Source: Mobula hypostoma (lineage: Eukaryota). Taken from it: a stretch of DNA of 64,000 nt. This document shows, one piece after another, positions 1 to 13,929 of this stretch. The notes beneath the pieces were generated by a model that saw only the letters and a program-made list of their open reading frames with translations, did no database searches and was not told where the DNA came from. The translations under genes were made by a program, and so were the position numbers. The stretch lies in NCBI RefSeq assembly GCF_963921235.1, contig NC_086097.1, positions 88,228,001-88,292,000 on the forward strand, written 5' to 3'. The stretch's first letter is position 1. Each line of letters starts with the position of its first letter.

Positions 1-78
1 CCAGAAAGGGAGAGGGGAGTGCTAGGATGTGGTCTGGGAGCCAAGGAGCGGTAACACAAAAATGTTTGTGAACCACTG
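1..78. mobile_element. Right end of a hAT (Charlie/Buster-like) non-autonomous element, cut by the window edge
   Basis: Ends aaaaatgtttgtgaaccactg and is followed by gtctagaa (79-86), an nnnTAnnn 8-mer typical of these target sites. Confidence 0.55.
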
Positions 79-94
79 GTCTAGAATATCAGGG

Positions 95-372
95 GATATC
101 AAGGCTTTGTTATGACAGCCATGAGCTCAATTAGAATGCCATAAAAACCTTTTTGGTTTGATGTAGTCCTTCAGGCATGGATTTCTGTCATCCTTACGTA
201 GTCTGGCTTGTATGTGACTCTAGACACACCCCATCTATTTGAGTTATTAAGTGTGGATCAAGCCACTCAGCTAATGTTTGAATGGATTTCAGTGGTTGAA
301 AGAAGGATCTCCTCACCCTCTGGAGCCATTAAAAAAGATGCCAGTCTTATCAGTGATGCTAAATCCCCAAAG
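95..372 (+). mobile_element. Old elasmobranch SINE-like repeat, body and tail
   Basis: Diverged match from memory to the shark SINE body (gtccttcagg...tccttacgtagtctggcttgtatgtgactctagac...caagccactcag). Confidence 0.45.
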
Positions 373-1569
373 TGCCATTCTTTCATCCTTGTAATCAGTT
401 CTGTTGCTCTTTTCAATGACTCCAGTAAGGTTCTCATTTGCATGAGAATCTGTGTTTGAATATCATTTTTTGGAAATGTAGAGGCACACACTTGAGGTCT
501 GAGCATTTCAGCTACATTGAAGACTTGTTTCTAGCTTTACATACTATTAAACAATTCGCCAGCTGAGAGCATGCTGAATAGAATTGTTGGCCAGTTGCAA
601 ATGGCTGACATTCCAGAGCTAGGGAAATAATTTCAAACACATTTTGTTATTAAATAGTAATTAGGAATTCAGAGTAAAGTAGAAGATAATAAAGTGCAAC
701 TTAATGATAGGAGAATTTAATATTGGAATATTCATAGTGCAGGAAGCCAAGGCAATTTGCAAGCAAGCAAACCTAATCTTCTCAGTAGCATTGCTACTAT
801 GCACAATTTTTAAATAATACATCATGCCAGTATTACAAATCTGATGAAGTGTCATCTGATTCTGTGCTTGATTGATTGATCTGTCTAGTTCAATAGTAAA
901 ATTCTTACAGCATTCAAATGCCATCGAAGCTGGAGGGGCCAGGTAGCTCTCCTGTCTCCACAAGCAAGATTCAGACTACCAGCTGGCAGAGTCATGACAG
1001 GGGACTGATGCAACCATATTTCCTCATTGTATGAAAGAGGATTTGACCTGATTGAGTGCCATCCTGCTCAGTCTGTTTGGCTCAGAATTTATGAAGATGC
1101 AGTCTGTAGGACTGGTGGCTTCTTCCACAGTAACATTGATGAAGTAAAGTTGACTTTATTGTCTTCATACATTAGTTGCAGAATTTATTTTTGACTGATT
1201 TGAAATTATCATTGCCAATAAGCAATAAAACTGTATGCCATTTGAAAAAATATTATCTATTGGGAAATGACCTTTACCAAATTATGTAAGAAAAATTATC
1301 TACAGAAGTCATTCAGTTAAATGCAATTTTTCCATAAACATTATTTGAATCTTTACATTTTAAAAAAGGCTAAAAGATGGTATTTTTGAAACATTTAATT
1401 ATCAGTATGGACTAAGAATATTTGCTGATTGGCACAAACAAGATAAGAACATCTTGTGAAAACTAATCGATTACATTAACATTGCATTTTCAAGATTTTT
1501 GATTGGGATATTATTTAAACTTTGAAGTTGTGACTCATTGACGCCTTCAGTATTCTGAGAGAGGGTTTA

Positions 1570-2140
1570 TTTACATTTGAAATGGCAAGGACTGATTATG
1601 AATAGTAAGTATAGATTTTTGTGTGGGAAATCATGTTTCAAAAATTTGAGTTTTTTTGAAGACATGACCATGGGGATTGATGAGGACAGAGCAGTAGAAA
1701 TTGTCAGTGTGGTCTTTTACAACTTCCTGCATGGTAGGCTAGTCTGGAAGGTGAGAAAGGATGGAATCCAGAGTGACCGAGCAAATTGGATACAAATTTT
1801 GCTTGGTGGCAGGAGCTAGAGCCAGGTAGTGGAGAATTTGTTTCCCACAGCAGTGGTGCCTCAAAGTAGAGGACACAAGACAGAAAGTTTAAAGAGGATC
1901 TGATGGATACATATTTTTGCACAATGTGTAGCTGGTATCTGGAATGAGCTGCCAGAGGAGGTGAAGGAGGAAGGAACTACAACAACATTTAAAAGAAATA
2001 TGGTAAGGTACTTGAATGGGCAAGTCATAGGGGGATATTGAATTAATCCAACCAGGAGGGATTTTTATAAATAGGAATGATGATTGTTATAGATGTACTG
2101 TGCTGAAGGGCCTGTTTCAATGCTGTTCAACTTGACGACT
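1570..2140 (+). mobile_element. CR1 LINE fragment, internally deleted
   Basis: Decayed GKSCxxNLxxFFEDxTxxIDExRAV RT motif joined to the CR1 3' end (tggaatgagctgccagaggaggtg...gctgaagggcctgttt). Confidence 0.8.
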
Positions 2141-3715
2141 ATGTTAGTTAAAGATTATATATGGGATTTGTTAGGTCACTCTGGCGACAATCAATTTGCT
2201 GGAATTACTTTGAATTCAGAAAAGAGACTTCATCTTGGATGATGGCAGGGGATTTGATTAGTCATTCTATTATGATGGTATTGTGCAGAGCCCTAAGGTC
2301 AAAAGAAGATTTTAAGCCCTATCTGATGTAGGTATCTACAGGTATCCTCACGACAGGGAGCTTATACTGTGTCCACCTATCTTCAAGGACTAGCTTACTT
2401 CCCTGGCTAATCTCTGTGGTGAGATTTAGCTCCCAATACCCACTGCTTGAGTAGTGGTTCTCCTCTACTTACCAAGGAGGAAATACTTCCAATTATAAAA
2501 AAGTTAGTTTATTTTTAATAATATCTTTAAAATTCAGACAAAAAAAATCTTAACACATTTAACACTCTGAGGATTTCTAATTTATTAAGGATTTCTGAAT
2601 TACAAAAGATTTATAAACTACAAAATATTTCCAAACACAGGTACAATTTTTACGAACTAGAAAAGCATACTAGCTAGTTGCCAATGAATGAGTCCTCCAT
2701 CACAGAACTGAAAGATTGAGGAATGAATTCTAGTTCTTCTTTCTGTAACTTCCTCTTTCTGTCATTCTCCTTGTCATTCCTAACAATCTACATTGCTGCT
2801 GATATTTGTACTATCTTCTACTAGATATCATCTGTGTTTGATGTTTTCCAGATATCATTACTGGGACAAAGTAACTCACACAGATGGTCTTAAGAGCCTC
2901 TGGTGGCAGAGATTCCAAACAGCAGTATTTAATGTTGTGAGGATTCATCCCAACTTGTAACCATATTTGATGTGCTAAGTGACATAACCCCTTTGTCTTC
3001 TGTTTGGCTAATGGAGACACGTCTCTTGGCCACTTTGCAAAGCTGTGCCTTCAACTTCAAACTGATTGCTGCTTGCAATTTACATTAATAACTAGGGATT
3101 GGTTCTTGCTTGCAACAAAAAACCGAGCAAAGATAAAGTTTAACTTTATCATCAATAACTCTGACACTATGGAAAGATCATGCAGCTGTGTTAGAAAGCT
3201 AAGTTTAACAATAAGCCTCTCAACCTATCACACCGTAGGCTATTCTTGGATGAGGACGTGGGTGTTACGGAAACAGGTGATGGAGTGAGAATGTCAAAAG
3301 TGTTGGCTATTTATATTTTTATCTAAAAACAATTCCAAATTTGAGTGGAATTGAGCCACAGAGAAAAGAATCTTCTTCTTAAAATTAGAATCAGCAAGTT
3401 TCAGAGAATGTGTTAATCCATGGCGTGAATTAACCCGATGACAAGGATAGTGTGGTGTATTGTGTTAATTTCTAGACTATACATGATACTAAATAAAAAA
3501 AATTTCTTTTGAAACTAATTGCTTGTTTTTATATTTCCTTAAAATTACCAGGTTGATAATTCTGATTTGCAGAAGTTACAAGCAGCTCACATAGTATAAC
3601 ACTGGAGTGTTAAGTTTTCAAAGGAGGGTTTCATATCTAGATCTTTCAGAAAGTGATTAGATATTAAATACTAAAGATTAACTCTCTCTAGTAGGAGCAT
3701 GGGACCAATTTACAT

Positions 3716-3794
3716 CAGGGTTTCCCAATTGGGGTGCATGGACTGCTCAGTTAATGGTAGGGGTCCATGGCATAAAAAAGTTTGGGAACCCCTG
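3716..3794 (+). mobile_element. 79-bp hAT-type MITE
   Basis: TIRs cagggtttcccaa / ttgggaacccctg; perfect 8-bp TSD atttacat at 3708-3715 and 3795-3802. Confidence 0.9.
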
Positions 3795-4879
3795 ATTTAC
3801 ATGATCTGTATCTTACAAAGTGCATGGCAATGTAAAATTTATTTTAGAAACCATTGAAATTCAAAAGCCACCACTGATATGGAAAGCTTGCAGCAATGTA
3901 TTTACAGCGGATGAACTGACAGAATGAACTGAAAGAAAATCGATCCTGTTATAACTGAATGTTCAATGAGAAGGATATGTCTGCAGAAGTGCAACCACAG
4001 GAATGCTTGGAAAGTTTTTGAAGTAGGATGCAAAGTATATGGAATGTATTGTCAGAAAGAGATTAGGATAGTAAATTAATATTTGTAGAGAAATAGACAT
4101 TTTCATTCAAGAGATAGAATACAAAAATGCAGTATTTACTCTGATTCAGAAGAAGATCTCTTCCTCACACCTGTTCAATCTGTACAGACAATTTGTTAAA
4201 TGTGGGAAATTGCCTTTCATAAGATTTAGCTTAAAGTAAATTATTATCTGTTATTTCTGCAAGTTCCATTCAAAGCATTATTACACCTGACATGTCATAT
4301 GACAAAACAGTTTGTATACAAGTTCTGGAGGAACCTTGTATGCTTTCTTTGTTCATTTTTTCATTTTATTGGAGAAAAGCTTGTCTAAAGCATATAGTTA
4401 AAAGTAATTGGGAGCAGGTGCAAATGTCCTGGGAAATTTAGAAACCTCATTTGCACTGTACTGGTAGTTGTCAGAGTAGGCACAAGCATAACAGGAAAAT
4501 AATGTTCCCAGCCTGATCTGTAAACCTGCTCAATAAATGAAGCAAAAGGAAACTAATAACATTTTTTTTGCAAGTTTATTTTTATGGTCATTAACTTTCA
4601 TTTAAGTAAATGCAAACGTAAGCAACAGCTGGTAGTAACCTAGTCTGGAATTTTAGAGCGTGAAGTGAATTGGGGTCAAACCTCACCTGCTGCTTCCTGG
4701 ATACAATACTCAGATTCCAGAAGTTAGATGGATTTTATAGCACCCAGCACTCTGACACCCAGCGGCTGAAGTTGGTGGCAAGGCAGTGGTAGAGATTTCA
4801 ACTACAGTGTCAGGAAAAGAAAATCTGGAATTGACCACTTGACACTTTTGAGTTTTCTTTTCTGTTCTGTAAAATCATG

Positions 4880-5130
4880 GCTGATCTTTTAACCCAGAGT
4901 CTCTTTTTTGCACTATCCCCAGATCATTTGACTCCCTTTACAGATTAAAAAAATCTATCCACCATCTTAAATATATTCACTGCCATCTTGGGTGGAGTAT
5001 TTTAATGATCCACTTGTATTTGAATGAAGAAATTTCTTATGAATTCTGGTTATAGAAACATCAGGCAGAAAGATATCAGTTATGCATCTCCCCTGCTAAA
5101 CCCCACAGAAGATTAGCCTGCTAAAATAGA
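4880..5130 (-). mobile_element. Old CR1 3' fragment
   Basis: Antisense CR1 3'-end words (aaaaatctatcc, gaatgaagaaatttctt). Confidence 0.5.
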
Positions 5131-5194
5131 ATCTTTTAAGTGCAATGCGGGGGTTGTATCTTGGCATTTGAACGAATGTGAAGAGAATGTTGAT

Positions 5195-5390
5195 TTCAAA
5201 GTGAAAGCCAAAGTAAATTTATTATTAATGTGTATATATATGTTACCATATACTACCTTGCAGTTCATTTTCTTGCAAGCATTTACAGGAAAAAAAGAAA
5301 TACAATAAAATTTATGAAATCTATACATAAACAAAGACTGACAAATAAGCGATATGCAAAAGAAAACAACTTATGTGCAAATAAAAAAAA
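5195..5390 (-). mobile_element. Rex1/Babar-type LINE 3' UTR
   Basis: ttcaaagt tail plus tttatt; resembles the reverse complement of the 3' end at 36150-36250. Confidence 0.65.
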
Positions 5391-5464
5391 AGGGTTTTTA
5401 TTGTTATTCCAGCTTTAAGAAAATGCCCTGGTTCCATCTAAATGGAATTAATATAATTTTAAAA

Positions 5465-5650
5465 ACTGTATATGCTGGGAATGTGAAGTAAAATTGGAAA
5501 ATGCTGTAAAGACCCAGCAGCTCAGGCAGCATTTGTGGGAAGAGGAGCAGAGTTAACATTTCATATCAAAGATACTTTGTCAAGCAATTTTTGTCAGCTC
5601 TATTTTTCTGCCCAGTCTGATGATTGATTGCAGCATTTTCTGTTTTTGCC
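5465..5650. mobile_element. Decayed Penelope-like terminal repeat, antisense piece followed by a short sense piece
   Basis: aaatgctg...cagcagctcaggcagcat matches the reverse complement of the repeat at 30660-30770; cagcattttctgttttt follows in sense. Confidence 0.5.
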
Positions 5651-8189
5651 TTGGAAGTAATTATAATGCTGGAAATTGTTGGGAAATGCTGATTTAACTG
5701 CCAGCACTTATCTAATTATGTATCAGCAAGTTTGAGACTCCCATGCAGGACATCTAAGTCCCTTACTAGTTTTCTGTTTCCTTACTCTAGTTCATTAGTA
5801 AGGAAGCATGAGCTTACTGAATTCCAGAGCATTTCCATTGGGAACTCTATTTAATGAACTTGGGCCAGGTTAGACTAATCCAGAAGCCTAGAACCAATTC
5901 ATTCAAATGGAAAGGATTGGCTGTAAAGGAGAAAAGTAAATTATAAGGCAAATCATTTTATTGCCTGCTTTGTTTAATATTTGTCTTGACAAATCTCTAA
6001 TTTTCTTTTAGTTTCACTTTCAACAGGTTATTACACCTTCTGAATGTACTTCTGTTGACTGGTAAAGATTTTTCTTATCAACTCTTTTGTTAGTGGGCCA
6101 GCAACACAATAATGTAGCATTCTAAAACACTTGCAGGGTTATACCATTGTGAATCTATTTGTGAACTCTTAGCCAGCAAGCCAGTGGATTGGCAGATGCA
6201 TGAATGATGTCCATTCATCAGAGGTCAGTGACCAGCTATCATGGATCCTTTATATTATTGCCAGTCACAGATTATTAGTGAGCTGAATCATCAAAGACTG
6301 GGTTTGAGGCTCAAAGCAGTTTTAGTTGGTTACTGAGTGAATATTATTACAAACATTACAAACGCAGCCAAGTGAAGCATCGTTGTAATTGTGTATATTG
6401 GGTGAGAATGAGATGACACCAGCTGTAGAGTCTGATATCTTGGGAAAGATGGTTACTGTTTAATGGCTAGATATAACCATGAGCAAAGGGTACATTCAAA
6501 TGTCAGTAGATGGATCATTTAACAAGTGAATTATTTTGAGATCAAGGTAGAGGTAGAAATTTAAGGTCCATAGAATTTCAAAAGAATTTGTGAAGAATAA
6601 TGATACTCAATGGATCTCCAGATTGTCTTCTTTCAATAAATGGATTTTCAGTGAATAAATTACCAAATGTAACAGTGCAGCTGCATATGATATTGAGATG
6701 ACTTTGTAATTATGGTACCACTGGTGTATCAATTTCACAGTGCACTGCATCATAATTCAGATTTAAAGTATACTCTTGCAAGTCTCTCAGAAGACACATC
6801 AGTGCCAACATGTCTTCATTATTCTCGAGTTGGACCAAGTCCAAGTCAATTATTAAAATGTTGCAGACGGCAGGCTACTGTTCTCCAGCAGCTTTCTTTT
6901 TCAACCGTTGATCTTCAATTATATTTTATGCTCAGGATTGGTCTCCTGACTAATTAGTTCAAATTTGGTTTTCCTCTATTTGCAATGAGTGGATAGCTTC
7001 AGAAGCACTTCATGGACGGTGAGGACCTTGGAGAATCCTGCGGTTTGAAAATGAGCTTTTACCCTTTCAGCTTTTGTTTTTCTTCCTTTTGTGGAATTAA
7101 CTACAGTAGCAAGCAATTGTTTTTCCATCAGATCAGTCAGTTTTGAACTCCATCTTCAAACAGACTGCTACTGGTCTAGTTGGGTATGGATGAAAATGGA
7201 CATCAAAGAAGCCACAATGACCAAACATGCATGAAAGCTTTTATTTTGTTATAAATTATGCACATGGATGCTTATTTTAGTAACTCTCAGTAAATACTCT
7301 TTTGCTGCAGAAGTTTGGGATGCAAGCTACTTATTCAATGGCCATTCCTACAGTCCTCTGCAACTGATTTAAAGAGGGATTCCCAGCACTTTTTGAAACA
7401 ACTGCAAGTTCCAAGGGCTCCATGATTTCTTTGGATGACAACAAGAATGGCTTTCTGGCTCCAGGTGGATGTGACTAAGTTCTCACTGTTGCCTTTGAGG
7501 CAGGATGTTTTATTGATTCTGTTACTAATGCAAGGCCCACAGCCCTTACGTGCCTGATCAGGTTCCACACTTACAGATGAGTTTTGCACATCCTTTCTGT
7601 CCTGCCGTTGGACTCAACGACCAGTGTGCTGTGCAATGTTTGTTAGGTTCGTTTGTGTATATAAAAATGTGATTGTGACACCTCCAGGAGCAGCCAAAAG
7701 TAAATGTTTACATTCTCGTGGTATTAATATGATTAATCAATGAAGTTCTATGCCAAGATACGATTTTATTTTTCTTGTTTTCTTTCAAAATATTTACTGT
7801 GAGCCGTCAAGTGCAAACATTGCTTCCTTTTCAGCTCATTGGTTATCCAATTTAACTGTTTTGGACATGAACTCATTAAAATGAAACTGGCTTATATTAA
7901 TACTAAGGAGCAATTTAAAAACATAATTTAATTTCATAATCTATAATCTGTCTTGAATTCAAATAATTGGAAATAGTAGAGTACGATATAGTAGATCTCA
8001 GCAATGTACGTGAGAAGAGGTGCACAAGCCCAAAGGGATATATCTCAATCTCCCACCCTGTCAAATCTTATTAACTTATTATGCTATAAAATGAAGTCAT
8101 TCAGCCCATTTTCTTCATGCCTACTTCCAGCCGAAGAATTTCCCTCGTATTTCCCTGAAGCCGTACCACTTTTTTTTCCACTCGTCTAT

Positions 8190-8450
8190 CGTATTTTCAT
8201 TTTAAAAATTAATTTGACAATTATCTACACTAAGTGATGATTTGCAGTGGCCAGTAAAATATTAGAATGTCCTTAGGATGTGGGAGAAGTCTGGAGTATC
8301 CGGAGGAAGCTCACACAGTCACTGGGAGAATGAGAAAACTCCACATGGATAACACCTGGGGGGAGGGGGAGGATGGAGTGGTGTAAGATCTAACCTGGGT
8401 CCCTGTAACTGTGAGGCAGCAACATTAACTGCTTGTAGCACTCTGCCACC
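8190..8450 (-). mobile_element. HE1-like V-SINE (tRNA-derived)
   Basis: Minus strand starts ggtggcagagtg...gctgcctcacag...ccaggttagatc (A/B-box-like), followed by the V-domain (plus strand ggatgtgggag...ccggaggaagctcacacagtcactgggagaatg...aaactccac). Confidence 0.75.
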
Positions 8451-8779
8451 CAACTCTCTCCAATATATATACAATTCTTGAACATTTGAACTTTTGTTCC
8501 TTATACTCACCACACCTTGGGTGTGTTAATGAAAGTGAACAAACACTTTGTGAACGAACACAGATGCTCTGGTTTTGCAGTGTGTGGCAATCTCATGTTA
8601 TTGGAATTCATTTTAGAGGAGCTACCTATATACGCATACAGGACCTTGTAAGTGACAGGACACTTTGAGCACTTATAAGTACATGAAGTATCCTTTGCTT
8701 TATGTATAGCATATTGAAACCAGAGAATTATGCTAAAGTTTACGATGTCGGCCTTAGTGCTTAGTTGAGTTACTGTGTT

Positions 8780-9830
8780 CAAGGTTGTACACCATACCTG
8801 AAAAACAATGTAAAGGTCCTGATGAGATTGCTGAAATCATTCACTAGAATGATAGCAGGATTTTAAATACAAAGGTACCGTAGATTAGAGAAGCTGTGGT
8901 CCTTTCCCTTCAGCACAGAGATTTATGGCAGAGTGAGTAATCTTGCTGATAATACTGAATTAGGAGGTCTTGTTTATAGTAAAGCGAGTTCAAATGAATT
9001 GTAAAGAAATCTTGAACATTTAGGGAGATGAGCTGAGGAATGGCAAATGGATTTCAACTTGAATATGTGTGAGGTTTTTTCATTTTGGACAGTCAGACCA
9101 GTGTTGAACCTATGCAGTGAGTGGCAGGGCACTGTTGAGGGACCTGGGAGTACAAGTGCACAGCTTGCTGAAAGCAGCTGTGCAAGTAGGCAAGGCTGTG
9201 AAGAGGGTGTTCAACATACTTGCCTTCATCAGACAGGGCATTGAGTTGAGGAGTAGGGACGTATTGCAGTTGGACAAGTTATTGGTGAGACCACACACAG
9301 TATTGCGTACAGATTTGGTCACCCTGCTATAGGAAAGGCAAATTGAAGAGGGTGCAGAAGAGATGTACAAGCATGCTTCTTAGACTAGAAGGCCTAAGTT
9401 ATAGGGAAGGGTTGGCTACATTGAATCTTTATTCCTTTGAGCAAAGGGGAATGAGAAGTGCCTCATAGAAGTGTATAAAATCATGAGAGGTATGGATAAA
9501 GTGGACTTTGCAGTCTTTTTCCCAGGGTTAGGTAATGCAAAACTAGAGGGTACAGATACAAGATAAGAGAGGGGAGATTTAAAAGAGACCTGAGAGGTAA
9601 CTTCTTTACACAGAGGGTAATGAGTACTTGGAATGAGCTGCCAGAGGAAGTGGTCATAGCAGGGATGATTATAGCACTTAAGAGGCATTTGGATAGGGAC
9701 ATGGAGGAAAAGAGCTTGGAGGGTTATGGGCTGAAACTGGGCAACTGGGGCTAGCAAGGAGAATATTGTGGTCAGTATAGACTATTTTGGCTGAAGGGCC
9801 TGTTTCCATGGTGTATGATTTGATGACTCT
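8780..9830 (+). mobile_element. CR1 LINE 3' portion, preceded by an older CR1 scrap
   Basis: ORF 9117-9332 RDLGVQVHSLLK...LAFIRQGIELRSRDVLQLDKLLVRPH; 3' UTR ggctgaagggcctgtttcc with a tgactct tail. Confidence 0.9.
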
Positions 9831-12029
9831 TAGGATTTGTTAGTGTAATCAAAATTATGAATCTTGTTGAAAAATTCAAGACTGCTCCCAGCAGCCGAAA
9901 GAGTGTTAAGAAGACAGATTTAAAGCAACAGCTTTAAAATTAGTGGAAGACAGGAGTAAATATCTTACAGCAAGTTCTTGTTGCCTTGCCTGGTGCATGT
10001 ATATTCAATGGACATTGCTGAAGGAATACTTGAATGGAAGATAAGTCAAGTGCTGAATAAGCAGGAAATGGGATAGTTTAAAAGAGCCAGCGTGATGGAC
10101 TGACACTGCAGCAGATTTTCCTCCTCAACCAATTTTAACTAGGTACTAACTTCATTATTATGCATTAACATAATTTGGGATTTTTACTATGGGTGTCCTC
10201 CTGTGTTGGAATGGCAGCTGTATAATTTTGATTCTTCACTCACCAGCTTGACTACACAGTCACTAAAAACAAAAGCAGTTAAATGTGACAGTGCTTTTCT
10301 GTTTTGCTTGCAAGTATGGCCTTGGGCCTTCAGTAAGGAGATAAGAGCAATTGCAACAGTATCATACCCCTTTTTTTGGGAAAAAAATAGCTTATTAATT
10401 AGATGTTACTATTTATGAAATAAATCAAAGATAATCCTCTCTCTTTGCTTCTAATAATTGACAGGAAAGTGTTGAAGTGTCATTTGCTAAAATCTCTAAC
10501 TTTGCCTCGGCACTGGATATAGATTTGGCATACTTTTTCACCATTTGTATTAAAATCAGGCAATCTTGAGTCCAACTATAATTTTTGTACTGTAATAAAT
10601 CCAAGTTCATATCTGTGTTTCTGTCCTTTGTTTTACAGTGATTCAGGAACAATTGGAGCATCCTCTTTTGATGCTTCCCCAGCCATTGCCTTTCAGAAAT
10701 ATTTTATTTACTGTACTTACTATTTGATATCAAAGGCTCCAAGTACACTAACATGGGAAGTGGATATTTACAACCACAAATTGTTTCTTTTCATTGATTT
10801 TTGTAAGTAAAATTATTTAGGGTCAGCCGTAATCTTGTAATAACTATGTTTAGTTGTGGCGGATAATACTTAAGCCCATACATCATCCAGTGCCAAAGGA
10901 CTTGGTAAAGTTTCAGCAGATTAAAGAACATAAAAACATAGAAAAATCAGGAGTAGCTTTGAGTCTGTTTCACCATTCAGCAATATCAAGCCTTATCTTA
11001 TATCCTGTGCCATTTTCCAACATGATCTCCAAATCCCTTACACATTAATTCATGTCTGACTTCTTGTGGGTCTCAGGATATTGCTCCATAATTCTTTTTG
11101 CTGCTGTATTGTTATGCCTGCTGATTGAAAAAGCAGGAAAAAAAACTGTTTTGTATGCAGTTTAGTAGTGCCAACAACATAGAGCACATGAACCTTGATA
11201 CCAAACCAGGACAAAGTAGACAACTTGATAAGCATTCCATTGATACCCTAAGTATTCATTCTCGCCCGCTTGTAAACTGTGGGATCCAGAATGTACTGGC
11301 TACCAGCTAGAAAATGCACGGATGTTCCTTGTCTATAGTACATCTACAGCTCAGACTAACCGTGTCCTCTACGCCTTAAAAAAGAGAAATAGGGTTGCCA
11401 CTGCCTTCCTTCAAGTTTCTGCCAGGTTACACACTGTCCTGCACTGGACAGTTCAATTATTAGTATTGATTCTAAATCCTGGATCACCCTCTGCATTTTT
11501 CAGAGATGATCCAACCTACCCTAAATCAATCCAGATCCTAAAAATTAGGGTGTGTTGGGATTGGTTTGAAGCAGGCTCAGATCGTCTCTGAAAGAGACAA
11601 CAGCTGTCATGTTTTTGAATGAAATTTCTAATAGTTGTGAAAGAAAGTGACTTGTTAACAAATAGATTGATACGGATGGCATCACACTGGTTTCCACCTC
11701 CAGAGTAAGTTTGAACAATCTTATTTCACTGACAATATCCCCTGTGAGTGCATCCCTAGGTGTCTAAATGCTGACATTGGATATTTAATTGCTGTTCTTC
11801 CGCACTCTGATTATAAAAATGTTAATCTTTTGGGCAACATCTATTGTGTCTGCACTGCTTGACTCCAGGGTTGCTGAAAACAGCCATGAAAAGGTTCACG
11901 AGATTTGCCAGGTTAACACTTCTGATTTCCTAACTCTTCTTTCTTATGAAGAAGTAATTGCTTATGTGAAACCTTCCATGAAAAGTCATCTGTGTGAATC
12001 TATAACACAGTGTTACACACATATTGGAA

Positions 12030-13440
12030 TAGAAATTAGAATTGAAATTGTACTGGGGTGCAGTGAAAAGCTTGTCTTGCATACTGTTCATACAGATCAG
12101 ATCATCACACAATGCATTGAGGTGGAACAAGATAAAACAATAACAATACAGAATAAAGTGTAAAAACTACAGAGAAATCACAGACCAAGTAAACAACAAG
12201 GTGCAAGCTCATAGGAAGATAGATTGTGAGGTCAAGGATCCATCTTGTCATACTAGAAATCCTTCTACAGATGAGCAGTAGAGAGCATCCTAACACGCTG
12301 TTTCATTGCATGGTACAGAAGTGGCACTGAACCTCTACAAAGGGTGGTCAAAACCGCCCAACTCCTCATTGGCACCTGCCTACCCACTGTCAAGGACATA
12401 TATACAGAAAGGTGCTGGAAGAGGGCCAGTAACATCATGAAGGATCCCACCCACCCTGCTCATGGACTGTTTGTCCCACTCCCATCAGGGAGGAGGATAT
12501 GTAGCAGCAATGCTGGGACCACCAGATTCAAAACCAGCTACTTTCTGCAAGCAGTAAGGCTCATCAACACCTCCACTCACTAACCCATCCATTCACACCC
12601 CCAACCACCACTACTTTATCATTTTCTCTCAGAACCACCTTATGTACAGACACCCTGTGACTAGCATCACTTCATGGACATATACTCAACCTATGTATAG
12701 AAGCGATCTTATGTATTTATATTTATTGAGTTTATAAAATTATTTTTGTTCATTATCTTATTCTTTTTTTTGTGTTGCATCTGATCTGGAATATCAATTA
12801 TTTTGTTCTCCTTTACACTTGTGTACTGGAAATGACATCAAACAATCTTGGATCTTCAGTAGTCTTATAATAGAAGTGTAGAAGCTGACCTTGAGTCTGA
12901 TGGTATGTGCTTTCAGGCTTTTGTATTTTCTGCCTGAAAGATGAGAGAAGAGAGACCAATCTGGATGGGTGGTGCTGACATGAGTATTCTGGCATGAGTA
13001 TCCTTAGGTGCTCCCTCCAGAGATGAACATAGGATGAGGGAGTTTGTGTTTGCTGTAGAACTGTTTTGGTGTAGGTGAATTGCAGTGGGTCGAGGTTGTC
13101 CAGATGGTTAGAGTTCATATGTGCAGTGCCCAGCCTCTCAAATCACTTCACCATACAATTTGGTGGTATTTGTTAAGATACATCATCATATTATTTTTAG
13201 GTACCAGGATGATGGTGGTCTTCTTAAGCAGGTGGTAGCCATAGATTGAAATAGGGAGAGGTTAAAAACATATGCAAGTACACCTGCCAGCTGATCGGTA
13301 CAAGATTTAAGTACACAGTCAGCAACATAATCTGGGCTAGATATTTTCCATGGGTTCTCTCTCTGAAAGACTGATTTAATGTCTGCAACGGCGACTGTGA
13401 GTTGCGGTGCACTGGAGGTTGTCAGGTTGAGTGGTGACAT
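12030..13440 (-). mobile_element. Rex1/Babar LINE remnant, internally deleted and interrupted at ~12260-12855
   Basis: Minus ORFs LDPLQFTY and VLKSCTDQLAGVLAYVFNLSL; 3' UTR at 12030-12260 resumes at 12856. Confidence 0.8.
12260..12855 (+). mobile_element. Rex1/Babar LINE 3' fragment nested antisense in the previous element
   Basis: ORF 12344-12583 VKTAQLLIG...IMKDPTHPAHGLFVPLPSGRR...TTRFKTSYFLQAVRLIN; atcttg tail. Confidence 0.9.
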
Positions 13441-13929
13441 ACTCCTTACTACACTAACATACAGAATATATAATATATATTAAATATTATCTGATCTCCC
13501 AACTCTATTGTGACCACCTAGATGCCTTGCAGTGTGCAATTTGATTTTCCTTATGAATTGCAACCTCCTATGTGCTCGAGTTTGCTGGTTATCTCTGGAA
13601 TGCTGTTGATTACAATGGAGAAGATGAATGGTGGGCAGAAAGAGGATGGAACACATACAAAGTGCATGCTGCAAGTATGTCTTTCATTGTACCTCTGTGC
13701 ACATGTGCATTGACAACAAACTGGACTGTGACTTTGAATACATTAGTATTACTGGTCTATTCTCTGCAATTCATATAACACAAAATCTTGCTGTTTCATG
13801 CATTGCTGTTGCAAGTTTGTGCCGTTGTGTGTGATATTGCCATCTGTGCTGTGCATTTATCTTGGTTTGATTGAATTTTGAGGATGCCTTCTGGTTTACT
13901 GTGCTATTCCATGCTGCTTTCTATCTATG

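Noticed and set aside
7560..7900. Unique AT-rich block resembling a conserved non-coding element (also ~24900-25700)
   Set aside because: Conservation cannot be judged without alignments; no diagnostic motif
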